A DNA stretch of 64,000 nt from an uncultured Spirochaetota bacterium (GCA_963745235.1 CAVUXE010000062.1:1-64000), one strand, 5' to 3'. Shown: positions 1 through 10,680, numbered from the stretch's first letter. Numbers and translations: made by a program. The notes: a model not told the origin generated them from the sequence alone.

Positions 1-207
1 AATAGGGGCAAGAAAGGAAGACAAATGAACGGGCGAATTGCTGATGCTCCCCAGCGGGCGTGATCGTAGTACCCGGGACGGGACTTTGAGGAGGGGCGAC
101 CTTCCGTTGATCAGTGGAGCGCGGCCGGATCGGCAACCGTGGATAGTAGCTCTTTGTCGGAGGGCGTGATCGCAGCAGTGGCGGAACGGGGGGTGTCGTG
201 CAGGTTC

Positions 208-315
208 TCAGTCCAGGGAGGCGGGATCGAGTCCCGGCGGTGCCCTTCCTATCTTGAGAAGGTGACGCAGGATCGTGCGTACCTCGGAAGGATCAGTGAT
301 GACGGCGATGAGCTT
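208..315 (-). pseudogene. C-terminal remnant of an IS91-family (rolling-circle) transposase
   Basis: Manual minus-strand translation gives KLIAVITDPSEVRTILRHLLKIGRAPPGLDPASLD*, resembling the conserved tail (MxxIAxIxDxxxVxxILxHL) of IS91/ISCR transposases. The upstream sequence is unrelated. Confidence 0.55.
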
Positions 316-354
316 CTCGATGTAAGCGAACGAGCGCGTCGCGGCGCCTCCATA

Positions 355-560
355 TCAGGCAGCAGCGTCGATCATATACAAGAACCCGAACAAGCCCATG
401 CCGATGCCCACGAGAACCAGGATGAGCATGAACGGCAGGTAGGAGAAGTTCGCCGGAAGCTCGGCCAGGAGGATAAAGCCCGCGGCAAGCACCAGCATGC
501 CGGTGGTAGCAAGGCCCCGGGAGCCGTAGCGGTCCGATGGCCAGCCTGAAAATGGACCCT
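355..560 (-). pseudogene. internal fragment of a DHA2-type MFS transporter
   Basis: G.WxSDRYGSRGLATTGMLVLAAGF...LVGIGMGLF matches MFS motif A plus two TM helices. No N- or C-terminus is present. Confidence 0.6.
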
Positions 561-711
561 CCGCCCGGTCTTGTGGAGGAAGCCGCTTGCGCGGCATCAT
601 TGTTGCTCATTGAATTACCGACTCTGGTACTGCTCTGGCAGGGATTGCAACCAGCCTATTCACCGGGACAAAGAGGTCAAGGGGGTGATATCATCCAGCG
701 GGTGGAAGCTC

Positions 712-1458
712 ATGAAGCTCGAAGGCAAAGTAGCGATCGTGACCGGCGGCGGGCGCGGGATTGGCAGGGCAATTGCGACAGCCTTCGCGCAGGAAGGAGC
801 CAAGGTCACCGTGGTTGCCGCCCGCCAGGAGGCAGAGATTGAGGAGGTCGCCTCGAGAATCGGTGGTACGGCGCTTGCTGCCGACGTGTCCAAACCCGCT
901 GATGTCCAGCGGCTCGTCGAGACGGTGATTTCAAGGTTCGGCGAGATCGACATTCTCGTCAACAACGCCGCTCGGGGGATGCGGTTCATCAACGAGGATT
1001 TCATGACTACTCCGAAGCCTTTCTGGGAAACCGATCCTGACGCATGGCGAATGGTGATCGACACCAATGTGAGCGGTGTATTCTTGCTCACGCGGGCGGT
1101 GGTTCCTCACATGCTCTGGCGTGGTTGGGGACGGATCATCAACATTTCGATCAACCGCGAGACGATGGAAAGGAAAGGCTTTACCCCCTACGGACCGTCC
1201 AAGGCAGCGCTCGAGTCAATGAGCATGATCTGGGCGCAAGAGCTTGCAGGCACCGGGATCACTCTCAACATGCTCCTACCTGGCGGCGCAACGAACACAG
1301 GAATGATTCCCGAGTCCCTCCCCGAATCCAAGCGCCGCGAGCTGATCGATCCAGTGGTGATGGGGCCCCCTGCAGTTTACCTGGCTTCTGACGAAGCGGG
1401 CGATATCAACGGACAGAGGATCGTAGCCAAGGAGTGGATGAAGAACAGGTCGAACTGA
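712..1458 (+). CDS. short-chain dehydrogenase/reductase (SDR)
   Basis: MKLEGKVAIVTGGGRGIG (TGxxxGxG), NNAA and catalytic YGPSK (YxxxK). Start placed at ATG 712. Confidence 0.93.
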   Translation: MKLEGKVAIVTGGGRGIGRAIATAFAQEGAKVTVVAARQEAEIEEVASRIGGTALAADVSKPADVQRLVETVISRFGEIDILVNNAARGMRFINEDFMTTPKPFWETDPDAWRMVIDTNVSGVFLLTRAVVPHMLWRGWGRIINISINRETMERKGFTPYGPSKAALESMSMIWAQELAGTGITLNMLLPGGATNTGMIPESLPESKRRELIDPVVMGPPAVYLASDEAGDINGQRIVAKEWMKNRSN

Positions 1459-1636
1459 CGCGCGAGCTTGAGTTGTCCGATCCGTCTTTGATTTGGCGTC
1501 GGGAGAGACGGGGAACCTCTCCCTCGATGTCCATGTCCGAGACGTTCACTGGTCCATTCCCCGCCCACGCGCAACCTCGAACAGTCTGTCCGGAGTGCCC
1601 GAAGAGTTATATAACAGCCAATAAAAGGATCCTCTC

Positions 1637-1918
1637 ATGAAGCAGCTCATGTTTGCCACTTTTCTGGGAATCATCTGCCTTATGCCCGCAAGCGCGGCCG
1701 GGCCTTGGCTGGAGGCGCGGGAGGAAATGGGCGGACCGTACACCATCGCCTACAGGATCTTCACGGGTGACTACCGGGACAACAGTCCTGTCTTCAGCTC
1801 CTTGATAAGGGAGCTGCGCGCCGCCGGCATCGCTTCCACGCGCACTATTGGGATCTATCTGGATGATCCAAAAACAACGGCGCCGCAGGAACGGCGAAGC
1901 GTGATCATGATCAAGTAG
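1637..1918 (+). CDS. secreted GyrI-like small-molecule-binding protein, probably truncated
   Basis: Signal peptide, then TGDY...GIYLDDPKTTAPQERRS, typical of GyrI-like domains. The ORF stops partway through the domain. Confidence 0.5.
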   Translation: MKQLMFATFLGIICLMPASAAGPWLEAREEMGGPYTIAYRIFTGDYRDNSPVFSSLIRELRAAGIASTRTIGIYLDDPKTTAPQERRSVIMIK

Positions 1919-2031
1919 TACGCCAGGCTATCGAAGTATTTCTGCTTGGCACCATGAAGAAGTCAAGCGGCAGAACCGCGACCGGGAAGGTCGCGAACGC
2001 CCGACGAGGTGAATGACAGGAGGGGTTATCG

Positions 2032-2508
2032 GTGAGAGAGGCAAGTCTTGTGAGGGGGCTGGCGATCGCTGCCGTGGCGTGGCAGGGTTTCCTGGGAGGA
2101 GGCGTAGTGCGAGCCCTTGTGGAGACCCCCGCCTGGCAGCACGTTGGGGCCGCCATGTGGGCCGACTTCAGTCGCAGCGCGGATCTTGGTCCTGGGATGG
2201 TCGTCTACCCGATCTTCGGGATCGTCTCCTGGGTGGTCGTGCTGGCCACTGCGGTCGTCTTCACCCTCGACCGTCGGGCCAATCGCGCTGCTTCCGTGCC
2301 GATCTATGTCGCGGCAGCGTTTTCAATCGTGGCAGCGATTACCACTGTAATCGCGGCTCCAACCATGATCAGCATCAGGGGAATGCCTGACACAGCCCCT
2401 GCGATTCGAGAGGCATTCGCTCGGTTTACGCTTTGGGGCGTCTATGTGAGAGGAGCCGCGTTCGCGCTGTCGTTCCTGGGGAGCCTTGCTGCGCTTGTTG
2501 TTCTGTAA
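2032..2508 (+). CDS. small membrane protein (DUF1772/anthrone oxygenase-like)
   Basis: Four hydrophobic helices, a VETPAW motif, and an RBS-like AGGAGG upstream of the GTG start. Confidence 0.6.
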   Translation: MREASLVRGLAIAAVAWQGFLGGGVVRALVETPAWQHVGAAMWADFSRSADLGPGMVVYPIFGIVSWVVVLATAVVFTLDRRANRAASVPIYVAAAFSIVAAITTVIAAPTMISIRGMPDTAPAIREAFARFTLWGVYVRGAAFALSFLGSLAALVVL

Positions 2509-2639
2509 GACGTTTTTTGATCGAGGTCACAGTCATGCCTGAAGGCGTCCGAAGGTGAGAGCGCAAGAAAAGCCACACGGAAACCCTCGGAGGTGCTGGC
2601 AATAGCGGGCGGCCTCGGCGTCACGTCGCGCCGGTGCCG

Positions 2640-3518
2640 CTAAAAATAAGGAGCCGGTTCGAGCCGCATGTATTGCGGGCTGCCTTTCAACGCAGCGTTC
2701 TGCTGGGCATAGTCAAAGGCCGTCTTTCCCTCCGAAGACCTCATGCTTCTATTTGCCCCCGCCCGCAGAAGAATCGGGATCACGTCAGGGTTCTTGCCGA
2801 ACGCGGCCGCGAACATGAGAGGAGTCATGCCTCCGTTGCTTCCCTGATTGACGTTCGCTCCGGCCCGAAGAAGCACTCTGATGATATCGGGATTCGTATT
2901 GTTCCAGGCCGCTATCATCAAAGCGGTCTGACCGCAGTTATCCCGGTCATCGATTTTTGCGCCGGCGAGCAGAAGCGCGCAGATGATTTCTGGATTCGGG
3001 TTGCCCTCCGCCGCGTGCATGAGGGCCGTCTCGCCATTGAAGTCCTTCTCCTGCACTTTTGCCCCCTCTTTGAGGAGCACTGAGACAACGGAGGGGTTCG
3101 GATTGTCTCCAACCGCGTACATGAGGGCGGTCACGCCTTCATAGTTCTGGTCGTTGAGGATGGCCCCTGCTCTCAGAAGGGCCGAGACGACTTCCGGATG
3201 CGCGTTCTTCCCGGCCGCGTACATGAGAGGCGTAACGCCGTCGTTGTTTCGGTCATCTATTCGGGCGCCGGCATGCAAGAGGATGGCGATGACTTCCAGA
3301 CTCTGGTTGTTTCCGACCGCGGACATCAGGGGAGTCCGCCCCTTGTCATCTTTCTTTTCGACTTTTGCGCCCGCTTCTATTGCCGCAACGACCTGTCTTC
3401 CTGTCCCCTGTTTCACCAGGTCCATGAAGCTCTCTGCGAAAGGATGCTCTACCACGGCGAAAGCCCCGATGACAACGATTGCCACCAGGAGCGCCGATCT
3501 TGTGCCTGCCATTTTCAT
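2640..3518 (-). CDS. secreted ankyrin-repeat protein
   Basis: N-terminal signal/TM segment, then about six 34-aa repeats GxTPLMxAA..N....V...LL.AGA. Confidence 0.93.
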   Translation of the reverse strand: MKMAGTRSALLVAIVVIGAFAVVEHPFAESFMDLVKQGTGRQVVAAIEAGAKVEKKDDKGRTPLMSAVGNNQSLEVIAILLHAGARIDDRNNDGVTPLMYAAGKNAHPEVVSALLRAGAILNDQNYEGVTALMYAVGDNPNPSVVSVLLKEGAKVQEKDFNGETALMHAAEGNPNPEIICALLLAGAKIDDRDNCGQTALMIAAWNNTNPDIIRVLLRAGANVNQGSNGGMTPLMFAAAFGKNPDVIPILLRAGANRSMRSSEGKTAFDYAQQNAALKGSPQYMRLEPAPYF

Positions 3519-3803
3519 TCCATGACTCTCTTACGTTCAAGCTACCCGACGGGTTCAAAAGTATGCAGCGTCGATTATAGGGATTAGCAACGCCTGTGTC
3601 TTTGGACGAACCGGCTATTTTGTATACTTATTGTAGACACGAAGTGTCAACGTCGTTTGAAGCGGCGCTGTCGCGCCTTACTCCTGCGCGTCGGTGGCAC
3701 GAAAATCACCGAAGATGCATTCCTTTCGTCGCAGCCCCGAAGCACGGTGACGAGGGCGTCCAATCCAAACCGCCCGCACCCAGTGAGAGATGCGGGCGAA
3801 CCT

Positions 3804-4139
3804 TCAGCGTTGGGTCGGCCAAAAAGCCCTGAGCTCGATCCGGCCGAAGCGCGCCATGGGATGCTTTGCCGCGACTTCTATCGCCTCATCGAGATTTGCG
3901 CATTCAAGGACGTCGAAACCCGCGATCCATTCCTTGGTCTCCGCGAACGGGCCGTCAGTCCTTATGATTTTGCCGTTTCGATTGCGAACCGTGACGGCCT
4001 GGTCCACCTCCACGAGCCGATTGCCCAAAACGCGAACTCCACGGCCGTCCATTTCGGAAACCCAGGCCTCGACATTGTCCTGCTTGGGATCATATGGTTC
4101 CGCCGCAGGATCCGTACAGACAAACATCAGGTACCGCAT
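3804..4139 (-). CDS. YciI/DGPF-family protein
   Basis: DGPFAETKEWIAGF signature and an HP-x-A-x-x-G-x-IELR C-terminus. RBS AGGAG precedes MRYLMFV. Confidence 0.92.
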   Translation of the reverse strand: MRYLMFVCTDPAAEPYDPKQDNVEAWVSEMDGRGVRVLGNRLVEVDQAVTVRNRNGKIIRTDGPFAETKEWIAGFDVLECANLDEAIEVAAKHPMARFGRIELRAFWPTQR

Positions 4140-4252
4140 TGTCAACTCCTGCAATCAATCAGGCCGCCGGTCCCAGCTCGTCGAAACCGGGCACCGACCC
4201 TTCCCTCAGCCCTGGCACTTCTTTCGGCTTTTCGCCTCTCACTCACGCAATA

Positions 4253-4278
4253 GTCGTCGTAAACTTCCGAACTCGACA
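4253..4278 (-). promoter_or_regulatory. ECF42-type sigma promoter TGTCGA-N16-CGAC
   Basis: Minus strand reads TGTCGA gttcggaagtttacga CGAC about 115 nt upstream of the DGPF gene, matching the ECF42 consensus (TGTCGA / CGA(T)C). Confidence 0.65.
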
Positions 4279-4344
4279 AATGATGGGGCCGCGTCAGCGG
4301 GTGTTGCGCTCCTGCAGCTTGCCGTTGCCCACCGAGAGATTCCT

Positions 4345-6432
4345 TCAAGGAACAAGCCGCGTTTTGGCCGCGCTTCCCGGCACGTGATAGTGCAGCTCGA
4401 TTTTTCCGTCCGCCCTCCGCGAGACGCCGGATAGGATCAGGATGCTTTCCTCCGAAGCGGTGTATACGATCGTGTCTTTGCCGGTAGCGGCTTCTACTCG
4501 ATGGATCTCGTGCGGATTGCCAACACATCCGGAGGGCCCTATGTAAAACAGGTCGTCATTGCTGTTCGACGCATATGCTTGATTTACCGTCTGGAAGCTG
4601 GCTCCCGGCTGTCCGTTGAGGTTGAGAGAAAGCCAGGGCGTCGGTTCGCAGGATCCTCCCGCCCCGTAATCGAAGCCCGGAGCATGGACAAGGACGGTTT
4701 GACTATTCGAAAGCCAACCGTACAGGAGGTAGATGTTTGCGGTATTCGACGTGGTGTATCCGTTGAAGTACGCGGTGCCGTCTTTGTCCGTCAGGTAAGT
4801 CATGTTTCCGTGCGCGTCCATGACTGCGAGGACGGTGCTGACGGGCATCGTCGCACTCTGCGAATCATGACAGGTCAGAAACGCAATGGCCAGCTTTTGG
4901 CCGTCCGGCGAAACGCGCGCATCGCACGCCGTAGCAGGCATGGATAACGCGTCCCGCGCCTGCTTGATCCAACTCCCGATCGGCTTGCCGTTGAACATCC
5001 GAGATGCGTCTATCCGCGCGGGATCGACCGTGACCGCACTGTTGGACAGGCAGGCCGCGAGAGCGCTCTGCGATTGCACTGCATCGGGAATCACAGGTGC
5101 GGGCACGATCTTCATTTGATCGCCTGGTCGTTTGGTTTGCGTGCCTGAAGTCGGGTTGGCGACGGTCCACGTGGTTCCCCCATCGGATGTCGCGTAGCTC
5201 AGGTTCCGACCCGAACCGCCCGGGAGGATCAAACCGGCCGCGATCGATCCATCAACGTCGTCGATGAAACGGGGAGAGGACGGAGTGAAAGCGGCAATCA
5301 GGTCGGGGCTCACATCCTTGGGGAAGGGCAGCTCGATCGGGGACCAGGTCGCCCCGCCGTCGGAGGTCGCGTAGAGGAAGGGCCCAAGCGATCCGCTTTC
5401 CGACCTTTCGCGAGCGACCACTATGAAACCGTAGTCGCCGTTTCGAAAGGTCACGCCCATGATCCGTCCATCCGTCGGAAGTCCCGCCCTGTTTCCCGAG
5501 CCCGCCGAATCCGATCGAGATAAGGCAGTAGCCCAGGTGGCCCCGTTGTCGTGCGAGCTGAATACGCTTTTTGCGGTCCCTCCGCCGGGGCTCGCTTCCT
5601 GGGCAACCACCACGATGCGTCCAACCGCCGGAAAGCCTGCGTAGATCGGATTGTCCGGAAGCGAGATCGCGGGCACGACAATGTCAAGCGAGTAAGCCAC
5701 ACTCTGGTCATTCGCGGGACTCACCGAGATGACGAAGCTGGTACTCTCTGGTATCCGTACGGCGACCTGCCCATGACGCGACGGTTTCGATTCAGTGAGG
5801 GCATGACCATTGACCAAATAGCTGACGTTGAGCGACGTCTCGCCTCCAGGAGAAGCAAGATCGAGAAGCAGCGTCTGCCCCGCGTGTGCGTCCAGGAGGT
5901 AATCCACGGGGAGCCCGCCTGGCGTCTGTCCCTTTCGAACCGCTGCGACTCCACCCGGACCGAAACGGACCGGCGCGGGCACCTCAATGCTCAAGACATA
6001 CCCGCCGCCGTTGAGGTCCCTCCCCATCGCTTGTGTACGCCTTGCCGTGACGTCGACGTAGTACGCGCCGCTCCTCGGAATGAGCGCTTGAAAGTCGGGC
6101 GTCCCCTGCCCGGTTCCTGGGAGCTCGTTTTTTGTTGATGCGTCCGTTACTCCCATCGCGACCGCACTGGGCGCCGAATCAAGATGAAGCATGAGCGGCT
6201 GTCCGGCGGAAACATCGACCTCGTAGCGATCCTGGCCGTTCGCGCTCACTGTGCCGCTTACGACGATCCGCGTCGAACCCGGCGGGAACGTCAGGCGAAT
6301 GGCCCCTGAAGTGGGCGATGAAGCCTGCCCGAATGCGGCAATCGCTGAACCGAGCGTTAGCACGAAAGCCGTGACAACGCGCCCGATTTTCGCGGTCGCA
6401 AGAGCTTTCGCATTGCTCCGCTTTTCGACCAT
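4345..6432 (-). CDS. secreted multidomain protein (two PPC-like beta-sandwiches, Asp-box/BNR repeats, uncharacterised C-terminus)
   Basis: Signal peptide; repeated F.PG....V.G....Y...A.AGQ.L units; SxDxGxTW Asp-boxes (SHDNGATW, TSDGGATW, TSDGGTTW). Start at ATG 6432 after AGGAAGGA. Confidence 0.75.
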   Translation of the reverse strand: MVEKRSNAKALATAKIGRVVTAFVLTLGSAIAAFGQASSPTSGAIRLTFPPGSTRIVVSGTVSANGQDRYEVDVSAGQPLMLHLDSAPSAVAMGVTDASTKNELPGTGQGTPDFQALIPRSGAYYVDVTARRTQAMGRDLNGGGYVLSIEVPAPVRFGPGGVAAVRKGQTPGGLPVDYLLDAHAGQTLLLDLASPGGETSLNVSYLVNGHALTESKPSRHGQVAVRIPESTSFVISVSPANDQSVAYSLDIVVPAISLPDNPIYAGFPAVGRIVVVAQEASPGGGTAKSVFSSHDNGATWATALSRSDSAGSGNRAGLPTDGRIMGVTFRNGDYGFIVVARERSESGSLGPFLYATSDGGATWSPIELPFPKDVSPDLIAAFTPSSPRFIDDVDGSIAAGLILPGGSGRNLSYATSDGGTTWTVANPTSGTQTKRPGDQMKIVPAPVIPDAVQSQSALAACLSNSAVTVDPARIDASRMFNGKPIGSWIKQARDALSMPATACDARVSPDGQKLAIAFLTCHDSQSATMPVSTVLAVMDAHGNMTYLTDKDGTAYFNGYTTSNTANIYLLYGWLSNSQTVLVHAPGFDYGAGGSCEPTPWLSLNLNGQPGASFQTVNQAYASNSNDDLFYIGPSGCVGNPHEIHRVEAATGKDTIVYTASEESILILSGVSRRADGKIELHYHVPGSAAKTRLVP

Positions 6433-6634
6433 ATCTTCCTTCCTGTTCGGAATATGCCGCGTCATTTTCAACTGGTCAACGCGTATGCAAATAACGAGAA
6501 GCTCGATTCCCAGGAACCGCTCCGCTTGCACGTGGCACCATGAAAGGTTGACTGCGCCGGCGCCTGTTCGGAGGGAGGCGATGTTTCAAGCTTTGGCTTG
6601 AATGGTGCCCCATTCTATGATATCATTCAACCAG

Positions 6635-7249
6635 ATGACCGAAAATACAAGGCACCGGCCTAGCACTTTCGCAAGAAGAAAAGAGCTTGTCGGAATCACG
6701 TACAGCCTGATCGCGACACGAGGACTTGAGGGTCTGCGTACCAGGGACGTCGCTGAGGCGGCGGCGATTGATACCGGGACCCTCCACTACCACTTTCCTT
6801 CGAAAGAGTTGCTGATTCAGGCGGTCGTTGAACGACTGAACGAGGAGTTTCGCGCCAACCGCTCGGGAAGGGACGACCCGCCTTCGAACGCGTCCGATGA
6901 GCTTCGGAACGAGGTTTTCGACGTGGTTTCGCGTGTTCAAGAATCCCCGCAGCAGCTCGTTGTGATGCTCGATTTTGTGGTGCGGGCTTCGCGGGATAGC
7001 GCCGTGGCCGAGATCCTGGGACGAACGCAAAAGGAATGGAACGATTCACTGGCAGGATTGTTCAGTCGAGGGATTGAGCAGGGCCTGTTTCGCTCTGATG
7101 TTCATCCCGAAACCGGGGCGAGCCTGTTGCGAGCTCAACTGATTGGCCTGGCGATGGTGAGTTTGATGGCGCCGGCACAAGCCAGAGATCTGGCCTCAGC
7201 GCTTCTTATGCAACTTCAGTCCTGGCTCGCGAAGCCTCAGAGCACCTGA
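6635..7249 (+). CDS. TetR/AcrR-family transcriptional regulator
   Basis: HTH GLEGLRTRDVAEAAAIDTGTLHYHFPSKELL. TTGAAT-N17-TATCAT lies just upstream. Start uncertain. Confidence 0.92.
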   Translation: MTENTRHRPSTFARRKELVGITYSLIATRGLEGLRTRDVAEAAAIDTGTLHYHFPSKELLIQAVVERLNEEFRANRSGRDDPPSNASDELRNEVFDVVSRVQESPQQLVVMLDFVVRASRDSAVAEILGRTQKEWNDSLAGLFSRGIEQGLFRSDVHPETGASLLRAQLIGLAMVSLMAPAQARDLASALLMQLQSWLAKPQST

Positions 7250-7265
7250 TCGGGAGGTAAAGAGG

Positions 7266-8879
7266 ATGCCCCGCCAATCGCAAAAGACAATTACGCCCGG
7301 CATAGTAATGGAGCGAAATGTGCCAGTTCCCATGTCTGACGGCATAAGGCTGTTTGCCAACGTCTTTCGTCCCGCCACATCTGGCCGCTACCCGGCAATT
7401 CTATCAGTCACGCCGTACAGTAAGGACAAGCTGCCGGATCGGAAGATCATGTTTTTTATGCGCATGTGGGGCGTTCGCTTTGGAAAGCTGCGGTGCTCGC
7501 GGTGGACCGGCTTCGAATCACCGGACCCCATGTATTGGGTGAAAGAAGGTTATGTCGTAGCTCAGGCGGACATTCGCGGTATGCATACATCCGAAGGTTC
7601 GGCTGGAATGTTGACGGATCAAGATGCAACTGACTATGCCACTTTCATTGAATGGGCTGCAGCCCGAGAGTGGTGCAACGGAAGGGTAGGGTTGCTTGGA
7701 GTTTCATACCTTGCAATGTCCCAATGGCGCGTTGCACCTTTGCGGCCGCCGTCGCTGAAGGCGATTTGCCCATGGGAGGGTGGGGCTGCGATCGACTTGC
7801 TTCGTGAAATGGCTTATCAGGACGGGGTGCCAGAAACAGGTTTTCTGAATACATGGTGGAAGAACCGCATGCTTCGCGGGCATAATCGTCGCTTCCCTGT
7901 TGCCGAGGATTATCCAGCCGACGCGCTGAAGCACCCGCTCGATGATGCTTATTGGGCGGGAAAACGACCTGAGCTTCGCGCCATTGCCGTACCGGCCCTT
8001 GTGTGCGGCAGCTGGTCAGATCATGGATTGCACAGCCGAGGCTCATTTATCGGCTTCGAGGAAATTGGCTCAAAACGAAAATGGCTGTTTACCCACGGGC
8101 GCCGGAAGCTTGAAACCTTCTATAGTGAAGAAGCCCTCGCAACGCAGACCGCCTTTTTTGCACAGAGCCTCAAAGAACAGCCAGACGCAATGAAGACCAT
8201 GCCGGCCGTGCGCCTTGAGAGACGGAGAAGCTTCTATGAGGGTGACGTGCGCGGTGACTCAGCGTGGCCCCTGGAAAACGTGCGAGGTCAAAATCTGCAT
8301 CTGTGCGCATCGACCAATATGTTGATGGAGCACCCGCTTCAAGATGGATCAGTTGCTGAGTATGAATCAACAAAGAAGCATGATAGCGCTCAATTCTCCT
8401 ACTCATTTACGGAGGATGCTGAGATAACCGGTAGTATGGCCCTGAAATTGTGGGTAAGCTGCCTGGACTCCGATGATCTTGATCTGTTCATAACAATCCA
8501 CAAGATAGACCGGCAAGGAAGAGAAGTGTACTTTCCCGGCTTCAACGGATTTTCCAGAGATTGCGTTGCGAAAGGGTGGCTTCGTGCCTCACTTCGTCAG
8601 CTCAACCTTCAACGTTCTACCACGTTCCGGCCTTGGCATGGTCTTGAAAAGAGACAGGCCATTCAACCAGGAGATGTGGTCCCCGTTGAAGTTGAGATAC
8701 ATCCTTCGAGCACGTTCTTTGAGGCAGGTACAATCCTTCGTCTTGCTGTTCAAGGCCGCGATGCAGCTTCCTATCCGGTCTTTGCCCATAAGAAAAGCGT
8801 CAATCACGGCAAGCATCTCATTCATTGCGGTGCGAAGCACGATTCACGACTCATGATACCTAGAGTACCGGATATCTGA
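7266..8879 (+). CDS. CocE/NonD-family hydrolase (peptidase S15-like)
   Basis: VPMSDGIRL, DIRG...SEG, nucleophile elbow GVSYLA and a PepX-like C-terminal domain. Confidence 0.93.
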   Translation: MPRQSQKTITPGIVMERNVPVPMSDGIRLFANVFRPATSGRYPAILSVTPYSKDKLPDRKIMFFMRMWGVRFGKLRCSRWTGFESPDPMYWVKEGYVVAQADIRGMHTSEGSAGMLTDQDATDYATFIEWAAAREWCNGRVGLLGVSYLAMSQWRVAPLRPPSLKAICPWEGGAAIDLLREMAYQDGVPETGFLNTWWKNRMLRGHNRRFPVAEDYPADALKHPLDDAYWAGKRPELRAIAVPALVCGSWSDHGLHSRGSFIGFEEIGSKRKWLFTHGRRKLETFYSEEALATQTAFFAQSLKEQPDAMKTMPAVRLERRRSFYEGDVRGDSAWPLENVRGQNLHLCASTNMLMEHPLQDGSVAEYESTKKHDSAQFSYSFTEDAEITGSMALKLWVSCLDSDDLDLFITIHKIDRQGREVYFPGFNGFSRDCVAKGWLRASLRQLNLQRSTTFRPWHGLEKRQAIQPGDVVPVEVEIHPSSTFFEAGTILRLAVQGRDAASYPVFAHKKSVNHGKHLIHCGAKHDSRLMIPRVPDI

Positions 8880-9000
8880 CATCTCCGCCCGCGGAAGCTT
8901 GACCTGACCCTGGAACGGGGGCGCGGGCGGGCGCGCACGGAAGGGCTCAGGCTCTCGTATAGCATGCCTGACCGAAATGCGGTACAGTGCGCGACTCAGT

Positions 9001-10627
9001 ATGGTAAACCTCTCCAACCTCCGCCTCGCCTTCGGCGAGCGCGTCATTTTCCACAACGGGGACTTCCTGCTGCGCCCCGGCGACAGGGTCGGCCTGGTGG
9101 GGCCCAACGGCGCTGGGAAGACCACGCTGTTCAAGGTGATCTGCGGGCTGGAAGCCCCTGACGAGGGCACCGTTTCCATGGACCCCGGCACAGTGGTCGG
9201 CTACTTCTCCCAGGACGTTGGGGAGATGGCAGGCCGGAGCGCTCTCGAAGAAGTGCTGGCCGGAGCGGGTCGCGTGTACGACGTGGGCAGGGAGATGGCG
9301 GAGCTGGAGCATCGCATGTCGGACGCCAAAGGCCCCGGGCTCACCGACGCCGAGATGAACCGCTACGGCGAGCTGCAGATCGAGTTCCAGCACGGCAACG
9401 GCTACGAGCTGGAGAACCGCGCAGAGGCCATCCTCACCGGACTGGGCATCGGAAAGGACCGCTTCCGTCTGCCTGTGGAGAGCCTTCAGCGGCGGATGGA
9501 AGATGCGCATCGCCCTGGCGCGCATCCTCCTGCTCTCGACCCGACGTTCTCCTGATGGACGAGCCCACCAATCACCTGGACCTGGAATCCATCATGTGGC
9601 TGGAGGAGTGGCTCTCCACGTTCAAGGGAGATCTTGTCATGACCAGCCACGATCGGGAGTTCATGACTCGCATCTGCAGCCGCACGGTGGAAGTGGATGG
9701 GGGCGCCATCACCACCTATGCCGGTGACTACGACTTCTACGTGAGGGAGCGGGCCATGCGCCGCGAACAGCTCATTGCCTCCCAGAAGCGGCAGGCTGCG
9801 ATGCTCGCCAAGGAAGAGCGGTTCATTTCCCGGTTCGGAGCCCAGGCCTCCCACGCCGCGCAGGTGCAGTCACGGGTGAAGACCATCGAGAAGATCGAGC
9901 GCATCGTCATTCCCCCGGATCCCAAGGAGATGAAGGTACGCTTCGCGCCCGCGGGCCGCAGCGGCGATGTCGTGGTGAAGCATGGAAGATTTGTCCAAGA
10001 CATGGAGGCGCCTGCCGACGGCTCGCTCCGTGTTCCACGGCCTCACGGGCGTGGTCAGAAGGCTGGACAAGATCGCCCTCACGGGCGTCAACGGGGCGGG
10101 GAAGTCCACGCTCCTGAAGATCATCACGGGACAGGCATCGCCGAGCCGCGGCGAGCTGCACCTTCGGCGCCGGCGTGAAGGTGGGCTACTTCAGCCAGTA
10201 CTCCAGCGACATCCTCGTTCCCGGCCGCACGGTGTTCGAGGAAGTCGAGGAGCGCATACCGTTGGCGAGCGAAGGTGCCATCAAGAACATCCTCGGCGCT
10301 TTCCAGTTTCATGGGGACGATGTTGACAAGAAAGTGGCGGTGCTCTCCGGCGGAGAGAAGAGCCGTGTGATGCTGGCCTGCATCCTTGCCCTTCCGGTCA
10401 ACTTCCTGGTCCTGGACGAGCCGACCAATCACCTGGACATTGCAAGCCGTGAGGTGCTGCTGGAGGCACTGCAGTCGTTCGAAGGCACGCTGATGATCGT
10501 CAGCCACGACCGGTACTTCCTGCGACATCTCACCAATCGCGTCTTCGAGATCGACCACGGCTCGCTGCGGGTGTATGAGGGCGGCTACGGGGAGTACATG
10601 GAACGCAGCGCCGCCAAAAGCGCGTGA
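9001..10627 (+). CDS. ABC-F family ATPase, split by several single-base frameshifts
   Basis: Two Walker A motifs (GPNGAGKT, GVNGAGKS), LSGGEK, DEPTNHLD twice, SHDR and an ABC-F linker, spread over consecutive frames. Confidence 0.9.
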
Positions 10628-10680
10628 CTGAAGCGCCTGAGTGCTTGACCGCAAACCCCGGGGCGTGATACTATAGTCAT

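Noticed and set aside
1560-1636. Integron attC site near GTTATATAAC
   Set aside because: No complementary RYYYAAC/GTTRRRY arms enclosing a long hairpin, no repeated sites and no integrase in the window.
2640-3518. Ankyrin protein as a YahD equivalent for the FdrA cluster
   Set aside because: It is ~34 kb away, has a signal peptide and shows no linkage evidence.
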